NCBI GenBank assembly: GCA_043775015.1
Contig: JAYVSV010000047.1
Span: 67,876 to 131,875 of the forward strand
Source: Verrucomicrobiota bacterium
GTDB lineage: Bacteria; Verrucomicrobiota; Verrucomicrobiia; Limisphaerales; CANJXF01
Length of the DNA: 64,000 nt
Direction of reading: 5' to 3'
The notes beneath the pieces are model-generated. The model made no database searches and was not told where the DNA came from. It saw only the letters and a list, made by a program, of their open reading frames with translations. Shown here one piece after another: positions 36,012 to 46,000 of this stretch (position 1 is the stretch's first letter; every line of letters begins with the position of its first letter). A program made the position numbers and the translations under genes.

Positions 36012-36890
36012 ATGAATGAGCCGATCGCATTTTTAACCTTCGCGCTAATTGGCGTCACATGCTGGATTTCGTACCTTGGATTCAAGAGCGCCGCTTTCGA
36101 ACGGAAATACATCTTTTGCCCGGAGAATATTCTCAGGCACAAAGAATATTACCGGCTGATCAGTTCAGGTTTTTTACACGCCGACTGGCAGCATCTTTTT
36201 TTCAACATGCTGAGCCTCTATTTTTTTGGAGAGGCGATTGAACTTTATTTCGGGAGACTGATTCTCCTGGTCATTTATTTCGCGGCCATCGTCGGAGGGA
36301 ATCTCCTTTCATTGTATCTCCACCGCCATCACGACTACCTTGCTTACGGAGCGTCGGGCGGAGTTTGCGGGGTGATTTTCGCGCACATTTTTTTGTTTCC
36401 CGGGGGAAGTATTTCGAGTGGCTTGCTTCCGATTTTCATTCCATCCTGGCTCTACGCGGTTCTGTTTATGGCTGGATCGTTCTACCGGATGAAGACGCAA
36501 AAGGACAACATCGGCCATGACGCTCATCTGGGCGGCGCGATCATTGGATTATTTACCACCGCAGCACTAAAACCCGGGATCATCGGCCAAAGTCCTTACC
36601 TGTTTCTGACGATTACACTCGGATCCATCCTGCTGTTCGTTTATCTCGCAAAGAATCCGATGTTCCTCCCGCTGGCGCACGTGATGTCGATGCCGAAACG
36701 GAAATCGCTTTTCAAAATGTTTTCGAAGTCACGGCCGAAAAACTTTCAGGTGGACGCGCTGCTCGAGAAAATTGCCGGGAAAGGAATTCACAGTCTGACC
36801 AAAGAAGAGCACGCCTTCCTCAGCGGCGTTTCGGACAAATACAAAAGACGGGCGGAATCCAAGAAGCCCAAGTCCGGGTTGATCATTTAA
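36012..36890 (+). CDS. Rhomboid-family intramembrane serine protease
   Basis: ..RLISSGFLHADWQHLFFNM.., the catalytic GASGGVCGV, and HLGGAIIG. Confidence 0.85.
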   Translation: MNEPIAFLTFALIGVTCWISYLGFKSAAFERKYIFCPENILRHKEYYRLISSGFLHADWQHLFFNMLSLYFFGEAIELYFGRLILLVIYFAAIVGGNLLSLYLHRHHDYLAYGASGGVCGVIFAHIFLFPGGSISSGLLPIFIPSWLYAVLFMAGSFYRMKTQKDNIGHDAHLGGAIIGLFTTAALKPGIIGQSPYLFLTITLGSILLFVYLAKNPMFLPLAHVMSMPKRKSLFKMFSKSRPKNFQVDALLEKIAGKGIHSLTKEEHAFLSGVSDKYKRRAESKKPKSGLII

Positions 36891-37029
36891 CATCGCAGTC
36901 CCTTTGTTTCGGACTGATATGTGGTCTGACTTTCCCCAGAGCGATGTTCTGGTGTAATTCTTCAAGGATTAACGCGAGATGAGAACCAAGATTTTTCTTT
37001 TGAGTCAAGCAACTGCGGTAGATTGAAAC

Positions 37030-40000
37030 TTAGGGTACAACTAATATACGATAGTAGCGTTGTTCTGTAGCGCCCGCTAAAGGATCCACTTTGTAGCCGG
37101 ATTCGTCCGTCGCTGTCACATCTCCGTCGAGGTTGGTCCACGTTGGATCGGACACGGTTGCTTTAAACTGGACCCGATATGTTTTGCCGGAAACAGCACT
37201 CCAGAAAATCTGCACCGGTCCAGACTGAGGCGATGAGAGTGTGATAACCCGCAGAATGGAGCCAGCGTTGGTCGGGTCTGTTCCTGCTTGGAACTCCGCT
37301 GCGTCCGTTAGTCCGTCTTCGTCGTAATCACTGGTGCCATCGCGTTGAAGACCGTTGAAGTAGGCCAATTCCCAATCATCTGGGAGTCCGTCGTGATCAG
37401 AGTCAGAACGACTTAGCCGCAGAACCATGACATCCCGGGAATCGTTATAGTCGCCGCCTGTGGTCAGATCCGTAGCGTAGGTTTCGAAAAGCACGGTGCT
37501 CCCGTCCATGCTGATCACCGGATTGCCTGAAAACCGATTGCCAGTTCCGGATCCGCCCCGGTTGATGCTCAGGAGAATAGTGCGGTTCAAGACCAGATCC
37601 CGCAGAAAAACATCACTCAGTCCGTTCGTATCGTTCGCGACCAGGTTTGAGGCACGACTCCGGAAGATCACGTAACGTCCGTCTGGGGTGAGCAAAGGGG
37701 AAAGCGACCGGTCGTTCCCGGCTCCTGTGCCATTTTGATTGACGCTCACGAGTGATGCTTGTCCGTTCGTTCGATCAATGAGATATACATCCGTAGTCAG
37801 GTTGGTATCCAAAACTGAATAGCTTTTGCTCCGCTCGCAGGCTACGAATCGTCCATTTGGGCTTAAGACAACGTTGACCGCATCAGTGAGAGTCGTAAGT
37901 GAACTTTTACTCGCCACATCAAACAATAAAGTGTTCGTCCGGCGCTCCAAGGCGATCAAAGTATCGTTGGCCGCAAAGGTGGGATCCCGAGTGATAGAAT
38001 TGGGGCCGCTTGAGCCGCCTACAAAAAAATTCGACGAAGATACGGAGTCCCAAAGGAAAGCAGAAGTGGAGCTAGCATTTAAGTTGGTAACCAAGGCCGA
38101 ATTGCCACTTCCAAGATAGGTTACATAACGTCCGTCAAGACTGATAGCAGCATTGTATGAGGCGTACGATCCTGCCGCTGTCCCCTGATAATTTCGGCTG
38201 ACCAGTCGATTAGTTTCTTGAGCCATATCCCGATAGTAAATCTGCCCGACGGTAGTGGCATAACCGCCCACCCCTGTTTCGCTACTTTGAAAGGCCAGGA
38301 AGTTACCCTGTTGACTAAACACCGGCAGCGACGGCGCGCTAACCTTTCCAACGCCGGCAATCAACACATTCGTCTGCGCTAAACGGTCGAAAGTGTATAA
38401 ATTGAAACGGGTTCCCAACCCTGCCAATGGCGTGCTGTCAGGAATCGCTTCGAACGCAACCCACCGCCCATCACTGCTTATGACTGGGCGGCGTGATGGA
38501 CCGCGCGAGAAACCGTTGAGGATTGTATTGAGCCGAATCCAACTATTTGAACCTGCATTGAGGTCACCGATCATCACGTCGCTATCCCGGTTTGTATCTC
38601 CGGAGCTGAGGTCGGAAGCATAACTTTCCAGGACGATGAATTGGCCATTGGAACTGACGCCGCCGGAAGTCAGTCGACTCGAAGCCGCCCCGGTGTTCAC
38701 ATTCAGGCTCGGTTCACGCACGGAAATTAGTTCAGTAATTCCACTTAGCCGGTCAAAGAGATAAATGTTTCGGGTTCCGTTCGCTTCCGGCGCACCAATG
38801 AATGCAATCCAAAGTCCGTTGTCCGTCATCGTCGCGTCCGTTACAGGCGTGTTCGTTGTCACCGTCGTATTGGTGCCAGCGACTGCGTCGAAGAGCATCA
38901 GGTTTTTGGCCGAGTCTTGATAAAGCAGAAACCGCCCGTCGGATGAAAGGACCGGAACGAAATTTAAGATCGGTCCGGCGCTGTTTACCTGTGCAACTCT
39001 ATAAGCAATCAGGGTCGTCGTTCCAGTCGTGAGATCACGTCGAAAAAGGTCGGCTCCAGATGAATTCGTGTCGTATTGCACCAGATTGTTGGACGAACTT
39101 GAGAAAACCACCACACTACCTTGCCTGCTCAAAACCGGAGATCCAGAACCGGAGGCGGAGTTGACTCCAGTGGCATTCACACTGACTAGGGTTGTTGTGC
39201 CGAGTAGGTTATCCCGCAGGAATATGTCCAGCTCGGTGTTTAGGTCGTTGGTGGTGAGGTTCGACGCAGCGCTTTGAAATGCCACATAACGTCCGGTGCT
39301 GTCTGCGGAGGGGTTTTGCGAATCGCCATTGCCCAATGTGCCACCCGCACTGACACTGACCGCTAGATTCGATGAGCTTTGGAGGTCGCGAATAAACACA
39401 TCGAGTTTCGCGTTTAAATCTCCTGCAACCAAATTCGCCGCCAAACTTTGGAACGTCACCCATCTCCCGTCATCGCTGATCTGTCGGTTACCGGCCCAAA
39501 CCACGGAGGTTCCGGCAAAACTGGAGGTGTTATCTGATTTTCGAGTCACAAGCAGGGTGGTTGCAGAGCTCGTATCCCGAACGAATAAATCAACGGCGTT
39601 GTTTAAATCATTTGCTGCGAGGTTGCTCGACTGGCTGGCAAAAAGCACGTAACGTCCGTCGGGCGTCATGTCGGGTGCGCTCGAATCAAGGTTTCCTGGG
39701 CCTACACCATTGGTATCGACGCTCACCAACGTAGTGGTTCCAGCAACGAGGTCTCGAAGGAAAATATCGGAAGCGTTGTTCGTGTCGTTTGGAACGAGAT
39801 CACTCGAGGTGCTTTCGAAAACGACGAACTGACCGTTGGAACTAATCGTAGGCGAATGCGATGCGCCGTTTCCGCTTTTTGTTCCAGTTGCATTCACGCT
39901 GACCAGGACTGTTTTGGAGAGCAGGCGATCCCGCACAAAAATGTCGAACGCACCATTGTTGTCGTTCGTGACCAGATTATCCGCCGTGCTGACAAAAACC

Positions 40001-40161
40001 ACGAAACGGCCATTTGCACTCACGCCGGGATTATGGCAGTCGCTCGCAGATCCTGACGACAAAGCCACGGGCGAAATTAGTGAATCGACTAATGCATTCG
40101 CCAAGATGGAGGTGGCGATGCTCATTGAGGTTAACAGAAATGCGAGGTAGCCAATCTTCAT
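37030..40161 (-). CDS. Large secreted repeat protein: about 16 PD40/TolB-like beta-propeller repeats, thrombospondin-type-3-like Ca-binding repeats, and a C-terminal ...RYYRILVVP domain
   Basis: A signal peptide, and by my count about 16 copies of (S/T).(D/N)G(R/Q)(F/Y/W)V.F.S.A.NLV..D.N...D(I/V/L)F(V/L)RD. Then DSDHDGLPDDWE...DYDEDGLTDAAEFQAGTDP. The ATG at 40161 is preferred. Confidence 0.8.
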   Translation of the reverse strand: MKIGYLAFLLTSMSIATSILANALVDSLISPVALSSGSASDCHNPGVSANGRFVVFVSTADNLVTNDNNGAFDIFVRDRLLSKTVLVSVNATGTKSGNGASHSPTISSNGQFVVFESTSSDLVPNDTNNASDIFLRDLVAGTTTLVSVDTNGVGPGNLDSSAPDMTPDGRYVLFASQSSNLAANDLNNAVDLFVRDTSSATTLLVTRKSDNTSSFAGTSVVWAGNRQISDDGRWVTFQSLAANLVAGDLNAKLDVFIRDLQSSSNLAVSVSAGGTLGNGDSQNPSADSTGRYVAFQSAASNLTTNDLNTELDIFLRDNLLGTTTLVSVNATGVNSASGSGSPVLSRQGSVVVFSSSSNNLVQYDTNSSGADLFRRDLTTGTTTLIAYRVAQVNSAGPILNFVPVLSSDGRFLLYQDSAKNLMLFDAVAGTNTTVTTNTPVTDATMTDNGLWIAFIGAPEANGTRNIYLFDRLSGITELISVREPSLNVNTGAASSRLTSGGVSSNGQFIVLESYASDLSSGDTNRDSDVMIGDLNAGSNSWIRLNTILNGFSRGPSRRPVISSDGRWVAFEAIPDSTPLAGLGTRFNLYTFDRLAQTNVLIAGVGKVSAPSLPVFSQQGNFLAFQSSETGVGGYATTVGQIYYRDMAQETNRLVSRNYQGTAAGSYASYNAAISLDGRYVTYLGSGNSALVTNLNASSTSAFLWDSVSSSNFFVGGSSGPNSITRDPTFAANDTLIALERRTNTLLFDVASKSSLTTLTDAVNVVLSPNGRFVACERSKSYSVLDTNLTTDVYLIDRTNGQASLVSVNQNGTGAGNDRSLSPLLTPDGRYVIFRSRASNLVANDTNGLSDVFLRDLVLNRTILLSINRGGSGTGNRFSGNPVISMDGSTVLFETYATDLTTGGDYNDSRDVMVLRLSRSDSDHDGLPDDWELAYFNGLQRDGTSDYDEDGLTDAAEFQAGTDPTNAGSILRVITLSSPQSGPVQIFWSAVSGKTYRVQFKATVSDPTWTNLDGDVTATDESGYKVDPLAGATEQRYYRILVVP

Positions 40162-40186
40162 ATTTAGTTTTCCCTCAAGCAGTTCA

Positions 40187-40987
40187 CTACTTAAGATATG
40201 CGGCTGCGGCTTGGATGCGGGCCACATCAGGATTATTTGGTGATGCGACGTTTAGGAAAATTTGCGCCCCTATAGGAAGCATAGTTCTGGGGTCGGACCA
40301 CTGCCAATATTCGATATGTCCGTCGGCCATGGAAAGATTAGCTCCGCCGAGATGAAAGGAACCTGGATAATCCACTAAGCTTTCTTCTGGGGCGTTGGTA
40401 AAAAACTCTGCATCGTTGATGCTATTGGGATGCTCGTCTAGGAACACGAACATGCGACCTGGCTGAGAGATTTCAGAAATTTTAGTCATACTTCGGTAAT
40501 TCTGGCCCCATTGTGAGCCTGTAGATCCCATAAACGCATTCATTGAATAGCTTCGCACTCGCAGTTTCGGAACTCCCCCAATCAGCAGAGTGGATGGATC
40601 AGCAGGGCATCGAAACAGCGATGAGGAATTCACATAAGGTCCGATGGCCGCGTAAGTCGCGTTCGTCAAATTCAAGGTGTTGGTATTGGCAGAATTCGAA
40701 ACATTAAAGTCTATGTTGCCGCTAACCCATGGTTTATTATTAGATCCCAAAGAGTTGGAAATGAGGTTGCCGGAATAATCATCAGAATACATGTGCCAGG
40801 CGACCATCAAGCGGCTGAGGTTATTGGCGCATCGTGCCCGGTCTGCGGATGTTTGACTGTGGGCCAACCCGTTCAAAGAGAGCAGCCCCAACAGGGTTAC
40901 AACGGTCAGCACGACTAAAAGTTCAATGAAAGTGAATGCAGGCTGATTCCTCCGATCATTCCTCGCTGCGGCCCAAAGTGGATTCAT
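40187..40987 (-). CDS. Prepilin-type N-terminal cleavage/methylation domain protein (DUF1559-like)
   Basis: PAFTFIELLVVLTVVTLLGLL, and a C-terminal GGANLSMADGH. It lies 25 bp upstream of the PD40 gene on the same strand. The ATG at 40987 is preferred. Confidence 0.8.
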   Translation of the reverse strand: MNPLWAAARNDRRNQPAFTFIELLVVLTVVTLLGLLSLNGLAHSQTSADRARCANNLSRLMVAWHMYSDDYSGNLISNSLGSNNKPWVSGNIDFNVSNSANTNTLNLTNATYAAIGPYVNSSSLFRCPADPSTLLIGGVPKLRVRSYSMNAFMGSTGSQWGQNYRSMTKISEISQPGRMFVFLDEHPNSINDAEFFTNAPEESLVDYPGSFHLGGANLSMADGHIEYWQWSDPRTMLPIGAQIFLNVASPNNPDVARIQAAAAYLK

Positions 40988-41073
40988 GGAGCGACACTGG
41001 GTTAACATGCCTCTGAGGTCAATTCGAAAATCAGGTGAAAACCTGGCCAATACGTGAGTGTTTTGGCGGCGAA

Positions 41074-41183
41074 AGGAATTCACAGTTTAACCAAAGAAGA
41101 GCACGCCTTCCTCAGCGGCGTTTCCGACAAGTACAAAAGACGGGCGGAATCCAAGAAACCGGAATCCAAGTTGGTCATTTGAA
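41074..41183 (+). pseudogene. Orphan duplicate of the rhomboid gene 3' end (last about 36 codons plus stop)
   Basis: It aligns with 36781-36890 and encodes GIHSLTKEEHAFLSGVSDKYKRRAESKKPESKLVI*. The intact gene ends ...KKPKSGLII*. Confidence 0.9.
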
Positions 41184-41262
41184 GCCGAACTGAAACCGGT
41201 TCGCTCGTCTTATCTCTGACTTGTTCTTGACCCGACTCAAATTCCGCTCACAAATTAATCCC

Positions 41263-42381
41263 ATGAACTATTTCTCTAAAGCGTCGTTCGCCGCACTTCC
41301 AACTAAAGGTCGCGCGCGAATTTTTCTTTTGCTCAGTCTGCTGGTGGTGCTTTCGGTGGTCTCCGGTTGCGCGACGCGTTCGGGAACGTTCGCCCCTCGC
41401 CAGGGTGATGAAATCATCGTGGCCGGAAAAATGGTTCACACCGGGACGCGGGTTGTGACCTGGATGGACCCGGGTGGCTACGACGCCTATCGCACCGAGC
41501 GCCGCTTTGCACCGTTCGAGGAATCCGACTTCACGATTTCAAAGGAAAAGGTTGCCGACCTCAAGTCGCCTAGTCGTTTCAATTTGCGCAAAGCGGGGCT
41601 TTCGCCGGAAGAAATCGAGCGCGTCCGCGGCGGTGGTTGGGATTTGCCATTGTTGCAACGGGTGGTGGATCAATTCGTATTGCACTTCGACGTTTGTGGA
41701 ACGAGTCGCCAATGTTTCAACATACTGCACGATCATCGCGGGCTAAGCGTTCATTTCATGCTCGATGCGGATGGGACAATTTATCAAACGCTCGATTTGA
41801 AAGAGCGCGCCTATCATGCGACCAGTTCCAACACCCGCTCGGTGGGGATCGAAATCGCCAACATCGGCGCTTACAGTTCCAAGGAAAATGACCCGTTCGA
41901 GCAATGGTATAAAAAGGAACCGAACGGCCAGACTACGTTGATCTTCCCTGGAAAATTCGTGGGAACGAACCGCTTCTACACTCCGAAGTTTGTTGGGCAT
42001 CCCGCGCGTCCCGAGCCTGTCGTTGGAACTGTGCAGGGACACGAGATGCGCCAGTACGATTACACCCCGCAACAGTATGAAGCGCTGGTGAAATTGACCG
42101 CAACGTTGTGCAAAGTCTTCCCAAAACTAAAATGTGATTATCCGCGTGATGCGGAAGGGAAACTGGTCACCAAGAAACTCGCTGACGATGAGCTGAGCAA
42201 CTATCAGGGCGTTCTCGGGCACTACCACATCCAGACCAACAAAACCGATCCCGGCCCGGCCTTGCAATGGGACTATCTGATTCAAAATGCGCGACAAATT
42301 CTGGAGCCAGCCAGTAATGTTCGCGCCGCGACGATGCAAATGGAAAACCGTTTTCCGAAAAAATTATCCGTTGGAAAATAG
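41263..42381 (+). CDS. N-acetylmuramoyl-L-alanine amidase / peptidoglycan-recognition (Amidase_2) family lipoprotein
   Basis: A lipobox-like LSVVSGC, plus VLHFDVCGTS...VHFMLDADGTIYQTLDLKERAYHA...SVGIEIAN and VLGHYHI...KTDPGP. Confidence 0.8.
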   Translation: MNYFSKASFAALPTKGRARIFLLLSLLVVLSVVSGCATRSGTFAPRQGDEIIVAGKMVHTGTRVVTWMDPGGYDAYRTERRFAPFEESDFTISKEKVADLKSPSRFNLRKAGLSPEEIERVRGGGWDLPLLQRVVDQFVLHFDVCGTSRQCFNILHDHRGLSVHFMLDADGTIYQTLDLKERAYHATSSNTRSVGIEIANIGAYSSKENDPFEQWYKKEPNGQTTLIFPGKFVGTNRFYTPKFVGHPARPEPVVGTVQGHEMRQYDYTPQQYEALVKLTATLCKVFPKLKCDYPRDAEGKLVTKKLADDELSNYQGVLGHYHIQTNKTDPGPALQWDYLIQNARQILEPASNVRAATMQMENRFPKKLSVGK

Positions 42382-42406
42382 AAGTGGTTTGCCAAAATTA
42401 ATTCGC

Positions 42407-42772
42407 ATGCGCCGGCGCACGTTCCGAAAGCTGAAAACGGCGGGCGAATCAGGCTTTCACCACCATGTCTATGTGGTGCTGCTTGATCCCAGGGCGGCAA
42501 AGAATCGTAAAATCATCGCTGCCAACCCGAAGCGGGATCGAAGCAAGCCTTGTGTTTATGTGGGGATGACCGGGCTTACCCCGGAGCAACGGTTTCAGAA
42601 TCACAAGAGAGGAATCAAGGCTGCCAGTATGGTGCGGCGCTTTGGGATCCATTTGCTACCTGAGCTATTCGAGTTCCTCAATCCAATGCCGTTCGATGCT
42701 GCACTTGCCATGGAGCGGGAGCTGGCCGAAGAACTGCGCGAGGCTGGTTACACCGTGGCAGGGGGAACCTAG
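42407..42772 (+). CDS. Small hypothetical protein, tentatively GIY-YIG-like
   Basis: HVYVVLL...CVYVGMTGLTPEQRFQNHKRG resembles the GIY...YIG...R..H layout, but the spacing is atypical. Tentative. Confidence 0.35.
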   Translation: MRRRTFRKLKTAGESGFHHHVYVVLLDPRAAKNRKIIAANPKRDRSKPCVYVGMTGLTPEQRFQNHKRGIKAASMVRRFGIHLLPELFEFLNPMPFDAALAMERELAEELREAGYTVAGGT

Positions 42773-42774
42773 TG

Positions 42775-42848
42775 ATTCGCGGGCTGGCGCGCGTGTGCCT
42801 TACGCGGCGGTGTCGGAGTAGGTTGTTCCATGCGTCACGCACGCTCCA
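42775..42848 (+). repeat. 74-bp repeat, copy A (direct repeat upstream of the giant gene)
   Basis: attcgcgggctggcgcgcgtgtgccttacgcggcggtgtcggagtaggttgttccatgcgtcacgcacgctcca is nearly identical to 59530-59603. Confidence 0.9.
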
Positions 42849-43060
42849 CCATCCGCCCTTGGCAGTTTTAATATCATTTTTCAGTGCCCAACTCGACTGA
42901 ACCGTTTCTGCTGATGTCTGGAGAACCGCGCGAGAGGTCTCTGCCTACGCACAATCACAAAACGCCTTGACCGCTTGTCATCTAAAAGATAACAGTCATG
43001 GACAAACTTTGGCATAGTCGCGCCGCAAATTAAAAACCTGTGACAACCAACTTTCCAGCA

Positions 43061-46000
43061 ATGCCATCGAATTCTGTCTTGCGTCGCCTATGGTTCCTTT
43101 TTCCATTCGTTCTGCTTCCACTCGTAGAAACCACTGCGAGGGCCAGCCCAACGATCATGCGCGTCAATCAGAACGCGCCCGTCAGTTCCAGGCGTGACGG
43201 GACTTCGTGGGCCAACGCTTACGTAAACCTATCCATGGCCATCAGCAACGCCAATCCGACGGCCAACAGTCCGGTTGAGATTTGGGTCGCTCAAGGCACC
43301 TATAAACCGACCGCCAGCACAAATCGAAATGCCACCTTTGGGCTCAAGAGTTACATGTCAATTATGGGAGGATTTGCCGGCATTGAAACAACGCCCGAAC
43401 AACGTCTGTTTTTTCAAAACGCCACCGTGTTGAGTGGTGACATTGGTCAGCCTCAGATAAACCCGATCAAAGACAGCACGAACGCACAGCCGTTCTACAA
43501 CTCGGTTTATCCGGTTGACGTGGAAGATTCCGGTCTTCGGGATAATTGCTACAACGTTGTCACCGCTGTGGGCGTTACCAACGCAGCGCTGGAGAAGCTC
43601 ATCATTGCCGGAGGCTGCGCCAATGGACTCAACACCAATGGACAACCGTATTCTCCGACACAGATTGAGGACATGGCCACGATGGCACTCACCGAGGAAA
43701 CTCAGGGCGCTGCTTTCAACGCTTTCATGGCTGGCAAACCGATGGCCGAGCTTGGACGCGCGATTGCTGGCGGCGGCATTTTTGTTTCAGACCGTTTCGA
43801 GCGATCCAGCGCGGAGCCGACTCTGGTGGTGGAACGGTGTATTGTCATGGGCAATTACGCTCTCGGCTATGGTGGAGGGATCGCGGTGCAGCAAGCCGAC
43901 ATTTTCGTCCTCGACAGCTACATTTCCGGCAATCGATCCGGCGCTGAAGGAGGTGGCTTTTGGGGACAGAACCAACACTCGGCTTTTATTGGTTGCGAGT
44001 TTCGCGCCAACACAGCTCTACTCTCGGGCGCAGGCATCCATCAGGAATCTTGGCCTTCGACAAAAACTGTTGTTCCCAGTCTGTCGGATAGTCAATTCAA
44101 GGCACAGACAACCCTCTCGCGGCAGGAATATCACAACTTCGTCGCCTCTGGCCTGGCCATGTTCAAACTCTCCGCCCTTTCCAGCTTCGTTCCGCTCGAT
44201 GATGTGGATCAGCGCGAGGCCTCCTACCGGGAATCCGAGAGATTCCAAGCGTATGTCGTCGAGAAGGATATGATTATGGGGCGGACCGCTCTGGCTCTTA
44301 TGGCGGTCAAAGGCCTTTATACTGCCTATGAAACTGGACAAGGCTCCTTGTCCCTTGGTCTCATCAAATACAAATCCGGCGGGGCGATGAACGCTTATGC
44401 CGTGGTCGCCGCCGCCGTCGCGCTGGTAGATGCGGGCTTTGCTATTGCGCAATGGGCGGGTGTCAGTCCCGACAATCAGCATGTAAAAAATTGGCAGGCT
44501 TTTAGCGGCCCTTTCAATAAGTACGCCACCATTAATGGCCTAGCTATGACCATTTCCATCGCGGCGATTTGCCATTTTACGGATTGCAACGAAAGCATCG
44601 AGACCTCTGCCTGGGACGTCAAACACTGGCAACGGCTGGCGTTCAATAGATCCGATCCCCGTACCATCACTAACTGCCGGTTCATCGACAATTTAGCTGG
44701 CAGCACCGGCGGTGGCGTTTTTGTGCTCTACGATAACGTCGATATCGAAGGTTGCGAATTTACCGGCAATCGTGCCGATGTTGGCGGAGGCGGACTTTAC
44801 CAGGGAGGTTGGAATTCATCCTTTGTTCTCAATTCCGCGTTCCGAAATAATCACTCCATCCTTGGAGAAAGCGCCATTGCCAATAAAAGCCATTGTCTCG
44901 CCGAAATCGTCAACTGCACGATCATCAACAACGGCTCCGAAGACACCAACGGTTATGCTGTTTCCAGCGACTCTGGCGCTGAAGTTCAAATCGCCAACTC
45001 GATTCTTTGGGGTAACACCAACGCTCTTGCCACAAACTCGCTCGGCGGAGCGGATGTTTTTGTGCCTACTCGCGCCTCAATTATCCAGTCAGCGCTGTCG
45101 GCTACTCCTCCCGATACAAATACTATTAAAGATCTCAAAAGCGCGGGCGCGAGTTATGTGGATTACATCGGTTTGTGCGAAATCAGCCATAGTTGTGTTC
45201 AAAGTTTGAAGCGTCTCCCCATCGGTCAGGATCATTTTGAGAAATTCGTCCTAGCTGCGGGCGATCTGGAAAAAGCCCGGGGTTTGGCCGCGGATTTTGA
45301 TTACGGCGAACCACGCGGACTCTTGCGGCTCTTCTCTTTTTATAATACCGGCGAAGGCATCCGCCCGAATTTGCTCAAGAATGGAAATATCAATTCCGAC
45401 CCCATGCTCACCGTCCATTTTGAATCCCGGTTTATAGGTTTGCAGCCGGGCGAATTCTCGCCGGTGATTGACGCCGGGACCGGGTTGCGACTGGACAACG
45501 GCTGGGTCGATAGCGGCACGGGAACGGATATTGTCGGCGAAGCGCGTGTCAAAGGCGGCAGCATTGACATGGGCTGCATTGAAAGTCAGCTCCCGCCGAC
45601 GATGTATGTTCGTCCCGCGTTTGTTGGCGGAAATGGCAGCGGCGCCAATTGGGCCAATGCGACAACCAATCTGCAATTTGCTTTGAATTCCGGTGGTAGC
45701 GTTTTCGTTGCGGCTGGCACCTACAAACCGCCGGAAAATAATCCCGCCAATCGGTTTATCCTGAAGAACGGCTGCAAAGTCTTTGGCGGTTTCAATCCCG
45801 CTGCCGGAATCACAAACCTGGCGCAGCGAAATTTCACGACCAATAAAACCATCATCAGCGGGGACATCGGCGCGATTGGAAATGATTCAGATAACAGCCG
45901 CACTCTTTTTTATGCCGAGGATGTGGATGGGCCGCAGGAGGATATTTCCGAAGGGCGACTGGAAACTTTCGTGGACGGATTTATTTTTACCAAGGCAAGA

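Noticed and set aside
36012-40161. A rhombosortase / GlyGly-CTERM type relationship between the rhomboid protease and the neighbouring C-terminal-domain proteins
   Set aside because: The shared C-terminal domain has no Gly-Gly motif followed by a TM helix and a basic tail. The adjacency is explained by the cassette insertion, not by an operon.
28331-41183. An integrase, transposase or recombinase that could explain the duplication-flanked insertions
   Set aside because: None of the ORF translations in or near the insertions shows tyrosine/serine recombinase or DDE motifs. The mechanism therefore remains open rather than assigned.
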